From positions 32,001 through 96,000 of the IMG/VR virus record IMGVR_UViG_3300022752_005671: a stretch of 64,000 nt of DNA; one strand, given 5' to 3'. The position numbers were made by a program, and so were the translations under genes. Below are positions 19,389 to 29,375 of the stretch, one piece after another. The notes beneath the pieces are model-generated. The model was not told the DNA's origin. It saw nothing but the letters and a program-made list of their open reading frames with translations, and did no database searches. The DNA comes from a virus. The first letter of the stretch is position 1; the number at the start of each line of letters is the position of its first letter.

Positions 19389-20059
19389 TTTATTTCCTTC
19401 AACTTATGCCCAGTTTTGCTCATATCTAGCAACCCGATCCAGAATTCAGCAATGTATCTTTCTGGCTTTAAATCCAATCCTGACTTACTTTTCTTTGTTC
19501 GTCTCATTTCAACTAAGAAGTAAAAATCTTTTTTTGCATTATTTGGATGCGGAAGATTTCTAATATGTTTTGAAGTTGACCACCAAAAATTTCCTGAAAA
19601 ATGCCACGGGAATTTTCCTTTTGCTTCATAAGGCATTGACAGCAATGTTCCTGCTGCATGGTATTCATTTAAACAAGATAAACACTCTTCATGTTTATCA
19701 ACTACTACATCCAACATTTTGCTTCTCCACTCATTTCCTCCGCTAGTTAATCCTTTAAGATGAAGATACAAGACTGAAAAATTTTCATTAGTTGAATCAC
19801 AATCTTCTTTCATTCTAGATAAAGTTGGAAATTCATAGTCATCAAATTTTTTATTCGTTTCTATTATTCTACATTTTTCGTATTTTATAACGTCAAATTC
19901 TTTTTTTTCATCAGTTCCACAAAGTACTATTCTAATTTCTTCAAGTTTATTGAACAACTTACTTTTGAAAATTCTATAATAAATCTCTTCAAAAATCTTA
20001 ATAGAATTTTGAGAATTTTTATTATCAATCATGTAATGAATGTAACAATAACTTTTCAT
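19385..20059 (-). CDS. Hypothetical protein, glycosyltransferase-like
   Basis: YEFPTL, VLYLHLKG and HFSGNFWW motifs recalled from viral glyco-cluster proteins; operon context. Confidence 0.4.
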   Translation of the reverse strand: MKSYCYIHYMIDNKNSQNSIKIFEEIYYRIFKSKLFNKLEEIRIVLCGTDEKKEFDVIKYEKCRIIETNKKFDDYEFPTLSRMKEDCDSTNENFSVLYLHLKGLTSGGNEWRSKMLDVVVDKHEECLSCLNEYHAAGTLLSMPYEAKGKFPWHFSGNFWWSTSKHIRNLPHPNNAKKDFYFLVEMRRTKKSKSGLDLKPERYIAEFWIGLLDMSKTGHKLKEIK

Positions 20060-21027
20060 TTAATCTGTTTTTTAATCCAAGAGTATGTTTTTTCTAATCC
20101 GTCTTTTAAGCTTGTTGATGGTTTCCAACCAAGCTTTTCTAAAATTAAATTATTATCAGAATTTCTTCCTCTTACGCCGACAGGACCTTGAATGTTTTTT
20201 ACGTTTATATTTTTGTTTGCAATGTTTGAAATAATTTCGACAAGTTGATTTATTTTTACCATTTCTTCGGACCCAATATTAACTGGTCCTTCAAATTCAG
20301 AATTCATCAAACGTCGAACCGCTTCAATACATTCATCAATGTACAAGAAAGATCTAGTTTGTTGACCATCTCCCCATACTTCGATTGTGCCGCCATTTTC
20401 ACACTCTGCAATTTTTCTGCATAATGCAGCAGGCGCTTTTTCTTTTCCACCTTTCCATGTACCTTCTGGCCCAAAAATGTTGTGAAAGCGTGCTACACGG
20501 ATTGACAACCCATAATTTCTAGCAAAAGAGAAATATAATCTTTCGCTGAATAACTTCTCCCATCCGTACTCACTATCTGGTGCTGCTGGGTAAGCAGAAC
20601 TTTCTGCACACATGGGATTCTCTGGATCTTCTTGGTTGTATGCGGGATAAATGCAAGCTGAAGAAGAATAAAAAATTTTGGGTGGAGTTTTAAATTTTGA
20701 AGCAGTATGAGCAACATTCAGATTTATTGTTGCAGAATTATGCATGACGTCTGCGTCATGCTCTCCAGTAAAAATATATCCTGCACCACCCATATCTGCA
20801 GCAAGCTGATATACTTCATCAAATGTAGTAAAGTCTTTTAATGTAAGACTTTTTTTTACTGTTTCAACATCTCTTAAATCTCCTATTAAAAATTCATCAG
20901 CTTCTGTCTTAGAAAATTCAGGATGTTTTAAGTCAACGGCTCTAACCCAGTAACCTTCTGACTTAAGACGTTTAACTAAATGAGAACCAATAAACCCGCC
21001 TGCTCCACAAACTAATGCTTTTTTCAT
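20056..21027 (-). CDS. NAD-dependent epimerase, GDP-mannose 3,5-epimerase (GME)-like
   Basis: GAGGFIGSHL, VYQLAADMGGAGYI, YSSSACIYP, YGWEKL and GGKEKAPAALCRK are diagnostic of the GME-like subgroup. Confidence 0.88.
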   Translation of the reverse strand: MKKALVCGAGGFIGSHLVKRLKSEGYWVRAVDLKHPEFSKTEADEFLIGDLRDVETVKKSLTLKDFTTFDEVYQLAADMGGAGYIFTGEHDADVMHNSATINLNVAHTASKFKTPPKIFYSSSACIYPAYNQEDPENPMCAESSAYPAAPDSEYGWEKLFSERLYFSFARNYGLSIRVARFHNIFGPEGTWKGGKEKAPAALCRKIAECENGGTIEVWGDGQQTRSFLYIDECIEAVRRLMNSEFEGPVNIGSEEMVKINQLVEIISNIANKNINVKNIQGPVGVRGRNSDNNLILEKLGWKPSTSLKDGLEKTYSWIKKQIK

Positions 21028-21171
21028 ATTTGCTCCATTTAATAATTGTTCAGAGATATCATTGCAATGACTTTTTTTACTTTCTTAGCAAGAATATTAG
21101 TTGACCAACCTTTATAAATTTCCAATTCCTTCTAAACTTTTACAATCAGAATCTGTTGAAAAATAAGTCAT
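21028..21171 (-). pseudogene. Frameshifted relic of a class I SAM methyltransferase
   Basis: ATG at 21171 overlaps the upstream stop as ATGA. Fragments across two frames read MTYFSTDSDCKSLEGIGN / YKGWSTNILAKKVKKVIA / DISEQLLN, resembling SAM motif I and the strand-2 acidic residue. Confidence 0.5.
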
Positions 21172-21863
21172 ATTAGATTTAACCTTTTAAATTCATTTAT
21201 CCAAATATCAATAGTTTTATCATAACTTAAATGAATAAAGTCAGAAAAAAGATTCTCTTTTGTTTTTCCTTGTTCATCTACTAGACTATTATAAATGGAA
21301 ATATATGGAATACAATCTTTATCACATAAAGATTTGTGAAAGTCATCCCAATGTTTTGATATTTTGTTTCTAATTTCAGAAGTTCCTGAAACATTGTATC
21401 GTTGTTCATCAATAGGCATTAATTTTTTTATTGATTCATCACATAAACTTGGCAAAGCGCCTATCACTCCAACATTTTTTACGTTATTCTTTAAATCAAT
21501 GATTGATCTATGATATCTGCTAACACATTCTTCTACAACATTTTGATATGTTCTATCTTTTGAAACATACTTTGGTAAATGAACTCTACAATCAATTTCT
21601 CCAACAAACATTAGAATAAATGACTCATCATTAAAAAATGATGAGTGATCATTCATTAATGAATAAATTTTATGAAGATGATGTTCATAAAAGTTATAAG
21701 CAAGAACTGGGCCTAAAAACCAAGTTCTAAAAGGTAAATCTGGGTTTATGTCTGTAAATGATCTTCCTCTAGGCTTTTCTTTTTGTTTTGAAACCTTATT
21801 ACCGCATGGCGGCGCGCCCGTTAACGTAGCTGCATGACTATTACCAAAAACTTCAAATATCAT
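21168..21863 (-). CDS. SGNH/GDSL-like hydrolase or acyltransferase
   Basis: Block I GNSH, block III GEID and block V DFIH. Confidence 0.65.
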   Translation of the reverse strand: MIFEVFGNSHAATLTGAPPCGNKVSKQKEKPRGRSFTDINPDLPFRTWFLGPVLAYNFYEHHLHKIYSLMNDHSSFFNDESFILMFVGEIDCRVHLPKYVSKDRTYQNVVEECVSRYHRSIIDLKNNVKNVGVIGALPSLCDESIKKLMPIDEQRYNVSGTSEIRNKISKHWDDFHKSLCDKDCIPYISIYNSLVDEQGKTKENLFSDFIHLSYDKTIDIWINEFKRLNLI

Positions 21864-22672
21864 TTTGAATTAACCAAATATTTTGCGCTTTCTATACAGT
21901 TGGTCTTAGCATCGTGACCATAACAGTGATGATCAAACCATTCTTGCGTGTCCTTTATTGGAATTTTATGTTTATCTAATGTATAACAAACTGCCGTTTG
22001 TTCACTAGCATTCCAGGTTTTTGCTTTTAACCCCGGAGCTTCAGGGAACTTGCTGACTGAAGATATGTCAACATTCGCCAATTTATTACAAACTTCTGGA
22101 ATATCTCTTAAGCATTCGATCCATTTTTGTGTGCAACCTAAAGTCCCTGCATTCCATATGGGAAAATCTGTTTTTCCTAGCGCGGTTTGAGCAGCGTATT
22201 TTTCACCCCAATAGTCTCTTCCATTATTACAATTTCTTTCAAACTTCCACATAAATGCTCCGTCATGTTGTAGGAGGTCATCTATTGGTTTTTTACAAGT
22301 TAAATCATTATCTAACTTTAGAAATCCGCAATCTTTATTGATGTAATGTTGGACAACTTCAACCAATGGCCAAAATCCATATTCATGTTTATTCATCCAA
22401 GATACAATCAAATCTTTATCTTGAATCAAGTTTAAATTTTCAAGCGAAACAGCATATTTTTTCATTTTTGAATATAGAAAATCTTTATCATCTGTCAAGA
22501 TTTGATATTCTAAATTTGGATTATGGTGTAAAAATGTTGCAACTGATGCTGACGTATATTCAAATATAAAATTTTTATCTACATAGGCTTTTTTTGCCCA
22601 ATGACGACCTGAAGTTTCAAGAGATTTAATGTTATAGTCGAAGACAAGGCTGAAAATATTAAAGTTTTTCAT
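21860..22672 (-). CDS. Putative nucleotide-diphospho-sugar transferase (GT-A-like)
   Basis: ILTDD, LKLDND (DxD-like), NAGTLG and EQTAV motifs. Confidence 0.55.
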   Translation of the reverse strand: MKNFNIFSLVFDYNIKSLETSGRHWAKKAYVDKNFIFEYTSASVATFLHHNPNLEYQILTDDKDFLYSKMKKYAVSLENLNLIQDKDLIVSWMNKHEYGFWPLVEVVQHYINKDCGFLKLDNDLTCKKPIDDLLQHDGAFMWKFERNCNNGRDYWGEKYAAQTALGKTDFPIWNAGTLGCTQKWIECLRDIPEVCNKLANVDISSVSKFPEAPGLKAKTWNASEQTAVCYTLDKHKIPIKDTQEWFDHHCYGHDAKTNCIESAKYLVNSK

Positions 22673-23397
22673 CTGATTCTTATGCCTCTTATCTTAGGGT
22701 TTATGTTGTAAGTTAAAAATAGATTTTTCATAATTTCTGGGTATTCGTCAACGTTCCATTGCCCTTTGTTAATAGCTGTGCAAACGTAAGGATAAACTTT
22801 AGAATCATAATGAGCTTTTCCTATTTTTGGTTCTCCATTATAAATTAAAGTTCCTTTTATTCCTATTTCTCTAGCACCAGAATTCCATGACTCTGACTCC
22901 AACCACTTTTGAGATTTTACATGCTCATAAAGTTTTTTTAATGATTGTTTTTTCCATAAAGTAACTTGCATGGAAAATGCATCCGCTGTGTTCATATGAA
23001 CTTCATAAATGTCATCTTTAACATGCATGTCAAGAGGAGTTTGATATCCACATCTGATTAATCTAACATAATCATAACTGGATTCTTCAAGAAATTGTTG
23101 ATATCTTTTTATTGACTCATAATCAATTTCTGAAAATAGAATGAAGTCTTCTTGGGAATAAATTACAAAATTTTCTTTAACCGATTCTAGACATCCCAAA
23201 TATTGTTTCCAATAAGGATCTAAATTTGAATAAGTGATTAGTTCATGATCTTTATATGTCCAAACTGGAATTGACTCTTCATCTGAAAATGCATAACTTT
23301 TCATCTTCGAAGCATTAATGCTTAATTGACCGAAATGCATAGGCCAAACATCTGAATATTTTGATGTTGTGTATGTTATTATTGAAACGTCTTTCAT
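22669..23397 (-). CDS. Putative glycosyltransferase (GT-A-like)
   Basis: VIYSQEDFIL, YVRL and QVTLWKK motifs; operon context. Confidence 0.5.
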   Translation of the reverse strand: MKDVSIITYTTSKYSDVWPMHFGQLSINASKMKSYAFSDEESIPVWTYKDHELITYSNLDPYWKQYLGCLESVKENFVIYSQEDFILFSEIDYESIKRYQQFLEESSYDYVRLIRCGYQTPLDMHVKDDIYEVHMNTADAFSMQVTLWKKQSLKKLYEHVKSQKWLESESWNSGAREIGIKGTLIYNGEPKIGKAHYDSKVYPYVCTAINKGQWNVDEYPEIMKNLFLTYNINPKIRGIRIR

Positions 23398-23404
23398 AAA
23401 AAAA

Positions 23405-24172
23405 TCATTTATTTGTAGTTAGGTTTTCTAGTCTTCCTATTTTTCTAAGTTCTCTTAAATCATCTAACCCATCATCATTATTAGGAAGCTTTTTATAAGA
23501 AGTTGATCTATATGGAATTTCATTTATATTAGGATGTTCAACATAATAGTAAGTTGCAAGAGAGATTCTATAATTGTTATCTGGGCACGATAATGGATGA
23601 GGGTGTCCATGATTTGAACCCATGTCTGTTCTAAAAATAACAGCTCTATTAAAAATCGGAGAAATTTTTTGGCACAAATTCTTCATGTCTTTATCCCATA
23701 ATTCTAAGTGCCCGCCCCATTCTTCTTGCCAGTTTTCATTAAGATATAAAATTAAATTAACTTTTCTTAACATCATTAATTCTTTATGAATATTGTAATC
23801 TTCATGTACATCTAGCTTTCCTCCTTTTTTTATAAGATGTAATCCTCCTCCATTTAAGCTTGGGTCTGATTTTAATCTTTTTATTTTTGTTAATGAAGTT
23901 AACCAATTTAAAAATTCTTGAGAATTAACTAAAGAAAAATAATCAAAAAAGTTATCATTTAGCTCTTCAATTTTATTAAAAGCTAATTTTTTCTCCAACG
24001 GATTATCATACATCCACCACAATTTTTCATTGGGGCTAGGGAAATTTTGTCTTAATTTTTTTGCAAAATCATCAACTAAAAAATTATCAATTATAATGTG
24101 ATCAAATGGCGAAGATGATACAAATTTAGCAGATAGATCTTCTACATTAAATTTGTTAATTAAATTTTTCAC
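23405..24172 (-). CDS. 2OG-Fe(II) dioxygenase (prolyl-4-hydroxylase-like)
   Basis: GGGLH...LDVHED (HxD), NLILYLN.NW..EWGG.LEL, P.FNRAVIF, HGH (distal His) and R.SLA.YYY. Confidence 0.85.
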   Translation of the reverse strand: MKNLINKFNVEDLSAKFVSSSPFDHIIIDNFLVDDFAKKLRQNFPSPNEKLWWMYDNPLEKKLAFNKIEELNDNFFDYFSLVNSQEFLNWLTSLTKIKRLKSDPSLNGGGLHLIKKGGKLDVHEDYNIHKELMMLRKVNLILYLNENWQEEWGGHLELWDKDMKNLCQKISPIFNRAVIFRTDMGSNHGHPHPLSCPDNNYRISLATYYYVEHPNINEIPYRSTSYKKLPNNDDGLDDLRELRKIGRLENLTTNK

Positions 24173-25049
24173 AAAAATCCTTTATTATTTGGTCATAATA
24201 ATCTTTTATTTTTGATATGTGATATTTTTCTCCAACTTTTATTGATTCTTTTGATAACGAAGAATACGCATCTAGATCATTTTGAAGATCAATGATTGTT
24301 TGTTTTAAACTATCAAAATTTTCTACAAAAATACATTTATCTTCTCCAAATTGTTTATAACTTTCATATGGAAGACATATCGTTGGGACTCCATAACTTT
24401 GAAAATTAGTTAATTTTGTATTTGGTTTATACCTAATCGTTCTTTGATATACGCCTGAATTTATTGATTCTTTTTCAAAGAAAATAATTCCTATGTCTAT
24501 TTTTTTAAAAACTGAGTCAAGTTCATAATGATTTTGCGGGTTATAAGATGTAAAAGTAAGGTTTTGCTTACTACAAAAATCTTGCAAGCTTTTTTCATTT
24601 AACGTATATTCAGGAACTCCTACATATCCTAAATTTATTGGTCGTTCTTTTAATTCATTTATTCTTTTTGAAAAATTACAATTATGATGAGGTATTACAT
24701 AGATTTTTTTATCTGTTACTTTTGAAAGTTCTTCTTTACATATATCATTATTTACAATATAAAAATCGCAAAATTTACTTGTATATCTTGAAAAATCGTC
24801 CTCTTTTACTCTTCCGTAAAGATAGTCAGTTACTGGGTTATCTGCAATGTCAAACCCAACTATTAAATTATTTAATTTGCAGTATCTCGCGTAGTCTTCA
24901 TTAAATTTTCTAACATGAATTACTATTTCATTTTTTGGATCTATGGGAAAATCAATATCAACAAAGTCAGAATGCGGAATGATTTCAGATATTTGTTGTC
25001 CTCTAATGATTCCTGAACTTCTTTTTGAAAACCCAGCAAATGTTATCAT
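24156..25049 (-). CDS. Putative glycosyltransferase (GT-B-like)
   Basis: SGIIRG, VIPHH, DIGI and KPNTKLTNFQSYGVPTI motifs. Confidence 0.55.
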   Translation of the reverse strand: MITFAGFSKRSSGIIRGQQISEIIPHSDFVDIDFPIDPKNEIVIHVRKFNEDYARYCKLNNLIVGFDIADNPVTDYLYGRVKEDDFSRYTSKFCDFYIVNNDICKEELSKVTDKKIYVIPHHNCNFSKRINELKERPINLGYVGVPEYTLNEKSLQDFCSKQNLTFTSYNPQNHYELDSVFKKIDIGIIFFEKESINSGVYQRTIRYKPNTKLTNFQSYGVPTICLPYESYKQFGEDKCIFVENFDSLKQTIIDLQNDLDAYSSLSKESIKVGEKYHISKIKDYYDQIIKDFCEKFN

Positions 25050-25987
25050 AATTTACTCATTCTTTCTATCACTGTTTTTGCTCTATTGATTGAAGTATGA
25101 TATAGCAATCCATGCTGTTTTCCAGCTATCCCAATTTTTAGTGATAATTCTTTTTCTTTTAATAAGAAATTTAAATTATTTGAAAATGAACTCATATCAT
25201 CATATGAAACAGCATGAACAAAATCTTCAAATTTATCTGGAAATTCTATTTGATATTTTTGATATAAGCAGCAAGCTCCTGCTCCAATTGCTTCATAAAA
25301 TCTATCGCAATTGTCTCCACCACCCCATGCATCAATTACTATTCTAGATCTTGATAAAACTTCTCTATACTCTTTTTCATTTAAAGAATTTGAAACAACT
25401 ATGTTGTAATTTGTTTTTTGTTTTAAATCATAACAATAATTTGTTATTTCTTTTCTCATTCCTGTACTATGTTGACCGAAGACACACATGACGTCGATGT
25501 CTTTTTTTTCATCATTTAATAAATGCCGAGGAGTCATTCCAAAAAGAAGAGGAATAATACCTAAGTCTAAATCCTGTTTGTAACATTCTCTTTTAAAATA
25601 AAGATCACAAAAATTTAGCATATCATGATTTATCCAAGGATGTCCTCTTCTTTTAGAAGGATCAACCAAAGAATTAATCATTTGGTCTTTCATCTGATAT
25701 CCAGTGTAAGTCCACTCGCTTCCATCAATGTAAGCAATTTTAAATTTATTTTTTAAAGAATTTAAAAGGTAGTATTTTGGAGATTGATTATCCCTAACTT
25801 TTCCAAAAAATGCTAGAACAAAATTAGCGTCATTAACTTTTAATATTTCTTCATCACTGAATGATTTTGTTATTCCATTTCCTAAATCTGAAGCAATTAT
25901 TTCAACGCCTAAATTCAAAAGACCATCAACTACTAATTCAGTAGTGTAATCTCTTTTTTTATTAGGAGTTATTGCTATGATTTTCAA
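25046..25987 (-). CDS. Putative glycosyltransferase (GT-B C-terminal domain)
   Basis: KDIDVMCVFG, YREVLSRSRIVI and DRFYEAIGAGAC motifs. Confidence 0.65.
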   Translation of the reverse strand: MKIIAITPNKKRDYTTELVVDGLLNLGVEIIASDLGNGITKSFSDEEILKVNDANFVLAFFGKVRDNQSPKYYLLNSLKNKFKIAYIDGSEWTYTGYQMKDQMINSLVDPSKRRGHPWINHDMLNFCDLYFKRECYKQDLDLGIIPLLFGMTPRHLLNDEKKDIDVMCVFGQHSTGMRKEITNYCYDLKQKTNYNIVVSNSLNEKEYREVLSRSRIVIDAWGGGDNCDRFYEAIGAGACCLYQKYQIEFPDKFEDFVHAVSYDDMSSFSNNLNFLLKEKELSLKIGIAGKQHGLLYHTSINRAKTVIERMSKL

Positions 25988-26921
25988 AACAATTCAAAAA
26001 TACTTCCATATATGATTTGTTTACATTAATATTGTCTAGTAAATCATAGTTAATTTTTGAAATTAAAGATTCTCTTCTTTCGTAAGCGTTAAAAATTTTT
26101 TCAACAACGTTAGTTGAATCATCCATTTGAATACCATGAGCTTGACATATTTCAGGTATAGCTCCACCGTCTTTGTGATAAACAATAGGTAATCCGCAAG
26201 ATGAAGCTTCAATATGATGCATTCCGCAAGCTTCCCATCTTGCTGCAGTTAAATAAACATCATGTTTTCTAAGCTCATCTCCTAATTCTTTTCCATACAA
26301 TGGAGAAATTAGTTTAGTGTTTTTAGGCACATATTCTTTGTAGTATCTACCGATGTAAGTAAATTCAATATTTTGATGCAAATTAAGCTTTTTATCTAAC
26401 TCGATATAAGCATCAAATCCTTTATTATAGTTGTTCGACCAATGATGGGTTACAACTTTAATTTTTTCATTTTTTTCTTTTTGTTTTGAAGGATAAAACC
26501 ATTGATGATTGCAGCCATTTCTAATAACATGACTTTGTTTATTAAATCCATGCTGCTCATAATGATTTTTTAACCAATCGCTTATAAAAATTGTTTTATC
26601 AGCTATTGCATAATTTGCTTTTATGTTTAAATTTACTAAAAAGTTAGTTCCTCGAGGGACATCAGAATCATTTATACGATGAATGACTTTAACGTTTTTA
26701 TTTTTTGATTTTAAAAAAGTCTTGTATTGAATCAGCTGATTTATATCTCCAAACCCATCATCATCTCTCGGATCCATCATTAAAATGACATCGACATCAT
26801 CTTCATAGCTAGTCGTGACTTTATGTCCGATTGATTCAGCGTAGTCAGTAAACCCTGTAGCAAAATGTATTCCACCGCCCCATGGATTTCTTCTAAGCTT
26901 TCTATTAATAAAAATCTTCAT
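25962..26921 (-). CDS. Glycosyltransferase GT4-like
   Basis: PWGGG, IRNG and ARWEACGMHHIEASSCGLPIVY..DGG motifs. Confidence 0.85.
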   Translation of the reverse strand: MKIFINRKLRRNPWGGGIHFATGFTDYAESIGHKVTTSYEDDVDVILMMDPRDDDGFGDINQLIQYKTFLKSKNKNVKVIHRINDSDVPRGTNFLVNLNIKANYAIADKTIFISDWLKNHYEQHGFNKQSHVIRNGCNHQWFYPSKQKEKNEKIKVVTHHWSNNYNKGFDAYIELDKKLNLHQNIEFTYIGRYYKEYVPKNTKLISPLYGKELGDELRKHDVYLTAARWEACGMHHIEASSCGLPIVYHKDGGAIPEICQAHGIQMDDSTNVVEKIFNAYERRESLISKINYDLLDNINVNKSYMEVFLNCFENHSNNS

Positions 26922-28555
26922 TTTCTCTTTAAGATTTTAGAATATTCTGGAAAATAAAGATAATCAATTCTAGTACCTAGGAAACACTTAATTGAATGAG
27001 AAACATCCTCGCATATTGGTTCTCTATCATTAAAGCTAGTGTTTAAAATGATAGGAACCCCAGACTTTTCTTTCCATTTTAGTAAGAAATTATGATACCA
27101 TTGGTTGTCTTCTTTTCTAACGGTTTGAAGTCTTGCAGTACCATCTTGATGAACTACCGCTGGGACTAATGATTTCTTTTCTTCTTTAAAATTCAATACA
27201 AATTGCATGTATGGACTTTCTTGATAGTTTAAAAACCACTCATGAGCATCTTCTTCAAGAATAGAAGGAGCAAACGGTCTGAACCATTTACGATGCTTCA
27301 CTTTTTCATTGATGATATCTTTCATATCTCCGCGGCGAGGGTCAGCAAGAATGCTTCTGTTTCCTAATGCTCTCCGACCTGATTCACTTTTTTCATTGAA
27401 TACCGCAACGATGTTTCCGGCCGCTAAAAGATCTGTCATTTGATCTAGTGTGCAGCCTGAAACGTCAACAGGAAAATTTTTAACAACATTATTAAAATGT
27501 TCTTCTCCCCAAAGTTCTCCTAAATACGGAGTAAAATTGTGTTTCCATTGAATTCTGGGATTTCCTAAAATTTCATGCCAAAGTATTTGTGCTGCTCCGA
27601 TAGGTAAACCTCCGTCATACGGAACTGGAGGTATATAAACATTTTCTATGTTATCTGGAAACCAAGATTTGATCTTTCCCATGGCAACAGAGTTTAATGC
27701 TACTCCGCCTGAAATGCATAAATTTTTTGATTTAATTGGACTAACATCTATTGCAAACTTTATAATTTGCTTCAACAATTCTTCAGTAGATGATTGTAGT
27801 CCTGCGGCAAGATCAAATTTATCTTGTTCTGATTTTCTTGCAATTGCTGCCCATGGTTCAAGATATGGATGTGAAGGATCAGCATCACTAGTTGCACCAG
27901 GAGGTTGATTATGAGGTTTCATGCTTGATGGCATAATATCGGTTGTCAACATTTTTAAAAAATCTTGGTGGTACTTTTTCGCATCACCAAATGCCGCCAT
28001 AGCCATCACCGTACCTTCTTCACCTCCTAACGGCCATCCGTTTTGAAGTTTAAAAACATATCTAGTAATTCTTGTCCAGACACCTCCGATGTTAATTTCG
28101 TAAGGTTTAAAAGTCTTTAAGTTTTTCATGGTGCAATCTTTTGCATACCATATTGTGCAAGCTGTCTCTGCACCATGTTCATCTTCAGAACCGCCGCCGT
28201 CTATTGTTAGAACAATTGCATCATCAAAATTGCTGGAATAAAATGCGTTAGCTGCATGAGATCTATGATGAGAAAAGAAATGTATTCCTCCTCCATTTTT
28301 TTCTACTATACCTTTTATTTTTTCATATGAATCTTCGTATTGCTTTAGCTTCTTTGTCGGATAAGTTGTTGCAATATGAGAAATATCATCTACATTTTCT
28401 ACTGTATCAAACATGAACTTTACTGAATCACCAGGAGGAGACTTTTCACGATTATAGCGTTCATATTCTGCGTGAATAGTTGGTTGACCATTTTCTAAAA
28501 TGCAAAATGAACAATCATGTCCAGACCAAACTCCAGCGACTTTTATAGATTTCAT
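26918..28555 (-). CDS. Carbamoyltransferase (NodU/CmcH/TobZ family)
   Basis: GHDCS, HHRSHAANAF, IDGGG, GTVMAMAAFG, SGGVALN, GRRALGNRSILADPR, FRPFAPS and VVHQDGTARLQTV...LNTSFN. Confidence 0.93.
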   Translation of the reverse strand: MKSIKVAGVWSGHDCSFCILENGQPTIHAEYERYNREKSPPGDSVKFMFDTVENVDDISHIATTYPTKKLKQYEDSYEKIKGIVEKNGGGIHFFSHHRSHAANAFYSSNFDDAIVLTIDGGGSEDEHGAETACTIWYAKDCTMKNLKTFKPYEINIGGVWTRITRYVFKLQNGWPLGGEEGTVMAMAAFGDAKKYHQDFLKMLTTDIMPSSMKPHNQPPGATSDADPSHPYLEPWAAIARKSEQDKFDLAAGLQSSTEELLKQIIKFAIDVSPIKSKNLCISGGVALNSVAMGKIKSWFPDNIENVYIPPVPYDGGLPIGAAQILWHEILGNPRIQWKHNFTPYLGELWGEEHFNNVVKNFPVDVSGCTLDQMTDLLAAGNIVAVFNEKSESGRRALGNRSILADPRRGDMKDIINEKVKHRKWFRPFAPSILEEDAHEWFLNYQESPYMQFVLNFKEEKKSLVPAVVHQDGTARLQTVRKEDNQWYHNFLLKWKEKSGVPIILNTSFNDREPICEDVSHSIKCFLGTRIDYLYFPEYSKILKRK

Positions 28556-28580
28556 TTTTTTTCTCTTTTTATGGCTGTTA

Positions 28581-29375
28581 CTAAATTCTCATTCCATTAT
28601 ACACGGTTTTTTTAAATTTATCGTTATCATCATTAATAGATTCTATGATTTTAAAATCAAGATTATTATCAATTAATAACTTAGCAAAAGCTTTTGTGTC
28701 TTTAGGCAAACACATTCCTCCATAACCACGTAAAGAATCAGAAACGTCTAAGTACATGTCTAAAGCTTTTCCTGTTTTTATATAAGCATTTTTTATAGCA
28801 TCATAATCGCAGTTTAGCTTTTTAGAAGCTTCAAAAAAAACATTGGCAAAAACTATTCTTAATGAAGCGTAAACGTTGTTGAAATATTTAAGTAATTCTG
28901 CTTCAGTAGGAGACAGTCTTACAGTTTGTTTGGGTAAAAAACCGTGAATACTTGAAATAGTTTCATAAACGTAATCGTTGTTAGTACCAATCGCTAGAAC
29001 GTTATGGTTTTTTATAAAGTCTTCGACTGCGCACCTCTCTCTTAAAAACTCAGGAACAAAGCAGATAGAATTATTGCTGTATTTTTCTACCATTGTTTGT
29101 GTAAATCCAGGTACTGCTGTTGATCTTATCGCTATGATACCAGCATAGTTTAATTCATGCAAATCATGAATTACGCTTTCAAGAATTGAAGTATCACATC
29201 CACCATCTTCTAAACTTGGTGTTGGGACGCAAATAAATACAGCTGAAGTATTCAAGACATCTTCTAACTTTGTGTTTAATTTTATGTCATGAAAAGATAC
29301 TTCATGATCTAAAGTTTCAAATCCTTTTTTATTAGCATTTCCAACGACACCAAGACCAATTATTCCTACTCGCAT
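28581..29375 (-). CDS. ugd: UDP-glucose/GDP-mannose dehydrogenase family protein (short form, second copy)
   Basis: GLGVVG, ICVPTP, IRST..PG, PEFLRE, KYFNN and GYGGMCLPKD motifs. Confidence 0.82.
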   Translation of the reverse strand: MRVGIIGLGVVGNANKKGFETLDHEVSFHDIKLNTKLEDVLNTSAVFICVPTPSLEDGGCDTSILESVIHDLHELNYAGIIAIRSTAVPGFTQTMVEKYSNNSICFVPEFLRERCAVEDFIKNHNVLAIGTNNDYVYETISSIHGFLPKQTVRLSPTEAELLKYFNNVYASLRIVFANVFFEASKKLNCDYDAIKNAYIKTGKALDMYLDVSDSLRGYGGMCLPKDTKAFAKLLIDNNLDFKIIESINDDNDKFKKTVYNGMRI

